Below, one piece after another: positions 58,909 to 64,000 of a stretch of DNA of 64,000 bases. The DNA lies in NCBI GenBank assembly GCA_963718895.1, contig CAVRAG010000008.1, positions 704,001 through 768,000 of the forward strand. The letters are read 5' to 3'. The translations under genes and the position numbers were made by a program. The notes beneath the pieces were generated by a model. It was not told the origin of the DNA, ran no database searches, and worked only from the letters and a program-made list of their open reading frames with translations. Origin of the DNA: an uncultured Nitrososphaerota archaeon. GTDB lineage: Archaea > Thermoproteota > Nitrososphaeria > Nitrososphaerales > Gagatemarchaeaceae. Position 1 is the first letter of the stretch; each line of letters opens with the position of its first letter.

Positions 58909-60264
58909 CTAGGAGGCCTTCCGGGCCCTCTGCACCGCTGCGATGGCGCGCTCCATGATGTCGAGGCCCGTACCGGCGAGTTCCTCCGTGATGTTCAGTG
59001 CGGGAGTAATCCGGAAGACGTTCCCGTAGAGCCCATCATAGGCGGTCACCAGGCCGTTCTGAAAGGCCCGCAGGCAGGCGCTCCTTGCCGCTTCGACCCC
59101 GGGCTCCTTCGACGTCTTCGAGACGACAATCTCGACACCTATCAGGAGTCCCAGGCCCCTGACGTCGCCGACGATCTCGTACTCTTCCTTCATCCTCAGG
59201 TAGCGATCCTTCATCAAGGATCCTACCCTCGCAGCGTTCTTCCAGAGCCGCTCCCGCTCAAGGACGCGGATCATGGAGAGCGCGCCCGCGCATCCGAGGG
59301 GGTGCCCGGCTCCCGTCATGACGTGGGAGCCGTGGGGCCAGTCCATCACCTCGCTCCTTGCGACGCACGCGCTGACGGGTGTTCCTCCGCCGAGGGGCTT
59401 CCCGAGGAGAAGGATATCCGGTTCCAGCTTCCAGTGATCCGATGCGAACATCCTCCCCGTCCGTCCGAACCCTGTCTGGACTTCGTCCACAATGAACATG
59501 ATGCCGTGTCTCTTGCACAACTCCTGCAATCCCTCCAGGAAGCCCTCGGGCGGCATGAGAACACCCCCGTCTCCCTGAACCGGCTCGACGAAGATGCCTG
59601 CGACCTCATCCGGAGGAGCTACCGTCCGGAAGACCTGTCCCTCGAGGTAGTCCAGGACCCACTGACCAGACTCCTGCCCTTCCTTCGAGCGATACGGATA
59701 CGGAAACGGTATATGCGTCACCTCGGGGACGAGGGGCGAGAAACCTCTTACCGTTCCCGCGCTGTAGCCGGAGACCGAGAGCGCGCCGTAGGTCCCCAGG
59801 CCGTGGTTCGAACCCAGGAACGAGATGAATCGTTTGCGCTTGGTATGCCACCTTGACAGTTTCATCGCGGTGTCGGTGGCGTCGGCCCCCGAGAGTCCCA
59901 GCGAGATCTTCTTCTCATACTTCCCCGGGGTCATCCTCGCGAGCTTCTCGCAGAGATGGACCACCACCTCGTCGTAGAAGTAACCAGGAATCGGCTGGTA
60001 GGTCGCCAAGCCATCCGCCTGTCGCTTCAGCGACTCCACTATCTCGGGGTGGTCAATCCCCAGCGCCTGGGTCGCCGCTCCGGAGTTGAAGTCGAGAAAC
60101 ACGTTGCCGTCGACGTCCTCGATGAGCGAGCCTTGCCCATCCTTGATGACGAGGGGCAGATACCTCCAGTTCGACTGCGAAACAACCTTCTCGTCCCGCG
60201 AGATGATCTCCCTCGCGCGCGGACCAGGAGGCTTGACCTTGATCGAGGGTCTCGTGTATTTCAA
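58909..60264 (-). CDS. class-III PLP aminotransferase family, possible amino-acid racemase/epimerase
   Basis: PPGP, DVDGN.FLDF, SGADA, EPVQGDGG, DEVQTGFGRTG, LGKPLGGG. Confidence 0.85.
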   Translation of the reverse strand: MKYTRPSIKVKPPGPRAREIISRDEKVVSQSNWRYLPLVIKDGQGSLIEDVDGNVFLDFNSGAATQALGIDHPEIVESLKRQADGLATYQPIPGYFYDEVVVHLCEKLARMTPGKYEKKISLGLSGADATDTAMKLSRWHTKRKRFISFLGSNHGLGTYGALSVSGYSAGTVRGFSPLVPEVTHIPFPYPYRSKEGQESGQWVLDYLEGQVFRTVAPPDEVAGIFVEPVQGDGGVLMPPEGFLEGLQELCKRHGIMFIVDEVQTGFGRTGRMFASDHWKLEPDILLLGKPLGGGTPVSACVARSEVMDWPHGSHVMTGAGHPLGCAGALSMIRVLERERLWKNAARVGSLMKDRYLRMKEEYEIVGDVRGLGLLIGVEIVVSKTSKEPGVEAARSACLRAFQNGLVTAYDGLYGNVFRITPALNITEELAGTGLDIMERAIAAVQRARKAS

Positions 60265-60342
60265 ACCAGGTTGTCTGGAGCAGTGGCAGTTCCTGATAAA
60301 AAGGTTGAAATGCACTAAACGAAAAAGACGCACGAGAGAAAG

Positions 60343-61743
60343 TTGGGCGACTCGAAGATAATCACGCCTCCTCCAGGACCTAAGGCAAGAAAGCTCATCG
60401 ACAGGGAGCTGAAGCTGCTCCATCAGCCCTCGATAGACAGAGTGTACCCGATCTTCACCAAGAAGATCGAAGGCGCGGTCGTAGAGGATGTGGATGGAAA
60501 CTGCTATCTGGACTTCGCGATCGGTTCGGGCAGCATGTCCCTGGGCGGAGCTCCAGAAGGGCTGGTGAAGACGATAACGGGAAGGGCCGGGGAGCTTGCC
60601 CACGGATCGTATCCCTACCTCAACCCCGCCGTGATAGAGTTCGCGGAGAAGCTCTCGTCAATCGCTCCCGGCAAGACCAAGAAGATGATTGCCATGCTCT
60701 CGACCGGAAGCGAAGCGGCAGACTTCGCATTTAGGGTGACGAGAGGCTTCCAGAGGAAGCCCCAATTCATAAGCTTCATAGGTGGCCACCACGGCTTCTC
60801 GCTCGGCGCGCTCGCTCTCTCGGGCCACTACGCCGCAATGTTCAGGAACCACCCTCACCTAGTTCCAGGGATCACGCACACCCCCTACGCATACTGCTAC
60901 CGGTGTCCGTTCAAGCTGGAGTATCCCAGCTGCGGGCTGGCCTGCGCAGATTACATCGAGGAGACTCTGCTGACCACTATCTCGCCGCCCGAGAACACGG
61001 CGGGACTCATAGTGGAACCCATACAGGGACCCGCCGGCATCATCCCGCCCCCGCAAGGTTGGCTCGAGCGAGTCTACGAGATATGCAGGAAGAACGGCAT
61101 CCTCTACATCGACGACGAGGTCTTCACCGGACTAGGCAGGACCGGCAGGATGTTCGCCATAGAGGAGCACCCAAAGATCGAGCCGGACATGATGGTGCTG
61201 GGCAAGACTTTGGGCGGCGGCGTCCTCCCTGTCAGCGCCGTGATAATGAAGGAGAAGATAGCTATGAGCATCGAGCCTGGCGCCACTTCGAGTACTCTTC
61301 ACGGGTATCCGCTGGGTGCGGCGGTAGCCACGAGAGTGATCGAGACGATTCAGGAGGACTCCCTGCTTGCCAGCAACGCCAAGAACGGCAGGCACTTGAT
61401 GAAGAGATGCCTCGAGCTCCAACAGAAGCACGAGTGGATCGGGGACGTCAGGGGAAGGGGGCTGATGGTCGGCCTCGAGTTCGTGAAGGACAGGAAGACA
61501 AAGGAGCCGCTCCGCAAGGAGGTTAGGGACATCGCTTGGCGTTCGGTCCAGAAGGGGCTGATCTTCGAATGGTTCGGCCTGAAGGGAAACGTAATCAAGC
61601 TCTATCCCAACTACTTCGTCACGCGCGAACAGATAGACGAGGGCCTCGACATCCTTGACGAAGCGATAACAGACGTCGAGAAGGGCAAAGTGTCCCCTAC
61701 GAACTTCGATTCGGCGTACGTGGTCTCAGCAGGGTGGATGTGA
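60343..61743 (+). CDS. class-III PLP aminotransferase family
   Basis: PPPGP, DVDGN.YLDF, TGSEA, EPIQGPAG, DEVFTGLGRTG, GKTLGGG, DVRGRGL. Confidence 0.9.
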   Translation: MGDSKIITPPPGPKARKLIDRELKLLHQPSIDRVYPIFTKKIEGAVVEDVDGNCYLDFAIGSGSMSLGGAPEGLVKTITGRAGELAHGSYPYLNPAVIEFAEKLSSIAPGKTKKMIAMLSTGSEAADFAFRVTRGFQRKPQFISFIGGHHGFSLGALALSGHYAAMFRNHPHLVPGITHTPYAYCYRCPFKLEYPSCGLACADYIEETLLTTISPPENTAGLIVEPIQGPAGIIPPPQGWLERVYEICRKNGILYIDDEVFTGLGRTGRMFAIEEHPKIEPDMMVLGKTLGGGVLPVSAVIMKEKIAMSIEPGATSSTLHGYPLGAAVATRVIETIQEDSLLASNAKNGRHLMKRCLELQQKHEWIGDVRGRGLMVGLEFVKDRKTKEPLRKEVRDIAWRSVQKGLIFEWFGLKGNVIKLYPNYFVTREQIDEGLDILDEAITDVEKGKVSPTNFDSAYVVSAGWM

Positions 61744-61810
61744 GGGCTAGGTCGCGTCGAGCCGAGCTCCTGCACACCTTGCTAGCACCCGCCTATAGCA
61801 AGTCTGGCGA

Positions 61811-62176
61811 TTAGGATCCCAGATTCTGCGCCAAGGCAGACCCCTCGGCCGCTCCGGACCCGATGTTCGTCGACACAGGCTCCCCTTCTTGGGACGCTGA
61901 GTCGCATTCGCACCCGTCTCTATTCTCGCAACCACTCCCACAGTCGCAGTCGCATTTGCTGTCGCACCTGCAACTGCAGTCACTCCCAGCGGTCGAGCGG
62001 GAGGCAAGGGAAGCCAAGAACTCGGTGTACGACAAGAACGCGAGGTTGGATAGGTATGCGAGGTACTGGGTCAGATCAGCCGGCGCGCCCAAGGGAGCAG
62101 GCAGAGCATTAGTCGCGTTGCTCGGGTTCTGACCTTCGGCTCCCCCTGTGGCTTTTCCAGTGTTGTTGATTGTCAT
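61811..62176 (-). CDS. hypothetical protein with a Cys/Asp-rich cluster
   Basis: 9 Cys in CSCRCDSKCDCDCGSGCENRDGCEC; CATATA ~25-30 nt upstream. Confidence 0.5.
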   Translation of the reverse strand: MTINNTGKATGGAEGQNPSNATNALPAPLGAPADLTQYLAYLSNLAFLSYTEFLASLASRSTAGSDCSCRCDSKCDCDCGSGCENRDGCECDSASQEGEPVSTNIGSGAAEGSALAQNLGS

Positions 62177-62258
62177 GGGAAAAACCGGTCACTCTCCCTA
62201 TATGTGCATTTGGAGCATTCCGACCTGTGTTTCCGCAGAGTACCTCGCGGTAGGGCGG

Positions 62259-62912
62259 TCAGAGCGTCTTCCCGCAGTTTCGGCAGAACCTGGCCGAGGC
62301 ATCGACCGGGCTGCCGCAGGTTGGGCAGTATCGCTGCGAAGCCCCTGCGAGGGGAACCGCTGTGGCAGGTCCCGGGGGAGGCGGGACGCCCTGGGATTCG
62401 AACGGCCGCGCTTCGGGATTCTCGACATACCGGTCGCGTATGGAGAAGAACGCGATCGCCTGGAAGATGTAAGCTACGAAGATTAGTATGAAGCCGACGA
62501 GGATGATGACGAGACCGGAACCGATGAGGAACAAAAGCCCTGCTGTCCCGAACTGGGAGATTCCGAGCTTCGAGCCCATGCTGTCGTAGCTCTTCCTGAG
62601 AAAGTAGGCCGCGATCACGAAGCAGATCCACACCGCAGCTAGCCCGGTAAACACTCCCGCCGCGGCGGACAGACCACCGGTCATCGCCGACGCTGCGATG
62701 CCGGCAAAGATTACCCCGAAGCCTATCGCTACGCCCGCGATCTGAAGTATCGCGGCGATGATGGCGTTCGTGAAGATCGACCTATCCTGAACCGAAGCGG
62801 ATATGTCGTTTATCGAAACCAGAAGGAGAATGTAGCCGATTATGTTAAGGATCGGGATGAAGACGAGGATCGACCCCACCTGCCCGAGCGTCTTTGCCTG
62901 CGAGAGACTCAA
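62259..62912 (-). CDS. DUF996-family membrane protein with C-terminal zinc ribbon
   Basis: SLSQAKTLG.VGSIL, FGTAGLLFLIG, CPTCG..FCRNCG. Confidence 0.85.
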   Translation of the reverse strand: MSLSQAKTLGQVGSILVFIPILNIIGYILLLVSINDISASVQDRSIFTNAIIAAILQIAGVAIGFGVIFAGIAASAMTGGLSAAAGVFTGLAAVWICFVIAAYFLRKSYDSMGSKLGISQFGTAGLLFLIGSGLVIILVGFILIFVAYIFQAIAFFSIRDRYVENPEARPFESQGVPPPPGPATAVPLAGASQRYCPTCGSPVDASARFCRNCGKTL

Positions 62913-63117
62913 GGTTGCTGAAAGCCCCCCTGCGAATCTTTAATAAATTATTCCCCAGACTTCAATCTCCTGCCAATCAAAAGCCCCCCAAAAAGCTAAT
63001 CTGAGATTTGCGGTGTTAGCAGGTCCTGGCAACCCTAGGCTTCTCGGCGTTCCGGAACTTCGACGACAAGGAGATATTACCCTCCGCTCCTGGGAGCAAG
63101 TGACAGGAATCACGAAG

Positions 63118-63951
63118 ATGAAGCCCAAGGCAACGTCCAAGTCGAAACGCGCACCGGCCCGAAGGTCCGCGGGAGTCTCCAGTACCCCCTCGCACGCTCT
63201 GCACGGCTTTGGAGGGGTCCGCGATGCTCCGGACTCTCGGGACCATCCGTACGTTCCACCCGTTGGCGTTGCAAAGAATCTGCCTCCGAGCGCGGACCTG
63301 CGAGGGTACTTCCCGCCCGTCTACAACCAAGGTCAGGTGAACAGCTGCACTAGCAACGCCATAGCGGGCGCGATGGAGTTTGACGCGAAGCGGCAGGGCA
63401 TGAAGGACGTGTTCACCCCCTCGCGCCTGTTCATCTACTACAACGAGCGCGCCATGGAAGGGACGCAGGGGAAGGACTCGGGAGGCCAGATCAGGGACGG
63501 AATCAAGAGCATCGCAAAGCAGGGGGACTGCCCTGAGCACCACTGGCCCTACGATGCAAAGATGGTAACGCAGAAGCCTCCCGACGAATGCTACTCTCAA
63601 GCGCGGAGCTTCAAGGCGCTTGAGTACCAGAGGATCGGACACAACCTCGACCACATGAGGGCCTGCCTGGCCTCTGGCTACCCCTTCGTCTTCGGAATCA
63701 AGGTCTTCTCGAGCTTCGAGGGAGACGCGGTCCGTGACAGCGGCCACCTCAAGATGCCGCGGAAGGGGGAGAAGACCGTGGGACTCCACGCGGTCGTCGC
63801 ATGCGGGTACGATGACGCAAACCGGTGGTTCATAGTCAGGAACTCCTGGGGCGGTGGGTGGGGGATGCACGGCTACTTCACCATCCCCTACGACTATCTC
63901 CTGGACTCGAAGATATCGCACGACTTCTGGACCATACGCGTCGTGAGATAG
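63118..63951 (+). CDS. C1A papain-family cysteine peptidase (xylellain-like)
   Basis: NQGQVNSCT (Gln/Cys), SRLFIYYNER, GLHAV (His), RNSWG..WG..GYF. Confidence 0.92.
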   Translation: MKPKATSKSKRAPARRSAGVSSTPSHALHGFGGVRDAPDSRDHPYVPPVGVAKNLPPSADLRGYFPPVYNQGQVNSCTSNAIAGAMEFDAKRQGMKDVFTPSRLFIYYNERAMEGTQGKDSGGQIRDGIKSIAKQGDCPEHHWPYDAKMVTQKPPDECYSQARSFKALEYQRIGHNLDHMRACLASGYPFVFGIKVFSSFEGDAVRDSGHLKMPRKGEKTVGLHAVVACGYDDANRWFIVRNSWGGGWGMHGYFTIPYDYLLDSKISHDFWTIRVVR

Positions 63952-64000
63952 ACCCAGGCCCGGACGGCTCAGTCGGTCGGAAAACCGATCCGGCGCAGCA

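Noticed and set aside
63952-64000. CCCAGGCCCGGA resembles the start of archaeal SRP helix 8
   Set aside because: Not followed by AGGGAGCAG and directly abuts a stop codon
1-64000. CRISPR arrays, tRNA/rRNA genes, IS elements, integrases
   Set aside because: No regularly spaced direct repeats, cloverleafs or transposase/integrase motifs were seen by eye; a tRNAscan/CRISPR scan would be needed to be certain

Overview
GC-rich (by eye ~60-65%) archaeal chromosomal DNA. Inferred source is a heterotrophic, non-ammonia-oxidising Nitrososphaerota (Group I.1c/Conexivisphaerales-like). The inference rests on NurA/HerA, thermopsin, two DUF996 proteins, PdaD, a haloarchaeal/thaumarchaeal-type HMG-CoA synthase, and TATA boxes ~25-30 nt upstream of near-leaderless starts. 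About 65 CDS are present. I recognised no rRNA, tRNA, CRISPR array or transposase. Main blocks: (1) a stand-alone NurA (wHTH insert)-HerA pair and HMG-CoA synthase; (2) a WtpABC/Mop/ModE molybdate-tungstate locus with a clear operator; (3) a ~26 kb catabolic island (2 LLM oxidoreductases, isochorismatase, amidohydrolase, M24/M19/M29-like peptidases, 3 CocE/NonD hydrolases, Opp ABC, APC permease, DHDPS-family protein, DadA-like protein, ALDH); (4) surface and secreted proteins; (5) a cluster of tiny general-stress genes; (6) a D-amino-acid-like PLP enzyme cluster. The best novelty candidate is a ~270-nt multi-branch structured non-coding element (47.10-47.37 kb) with its own TATA-like box, directly downstream of an orphan PD-(D/E)xK-like nuclease gene. 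Nine frameshifts can each be repaired by deleting one base and are probably long-read errors.
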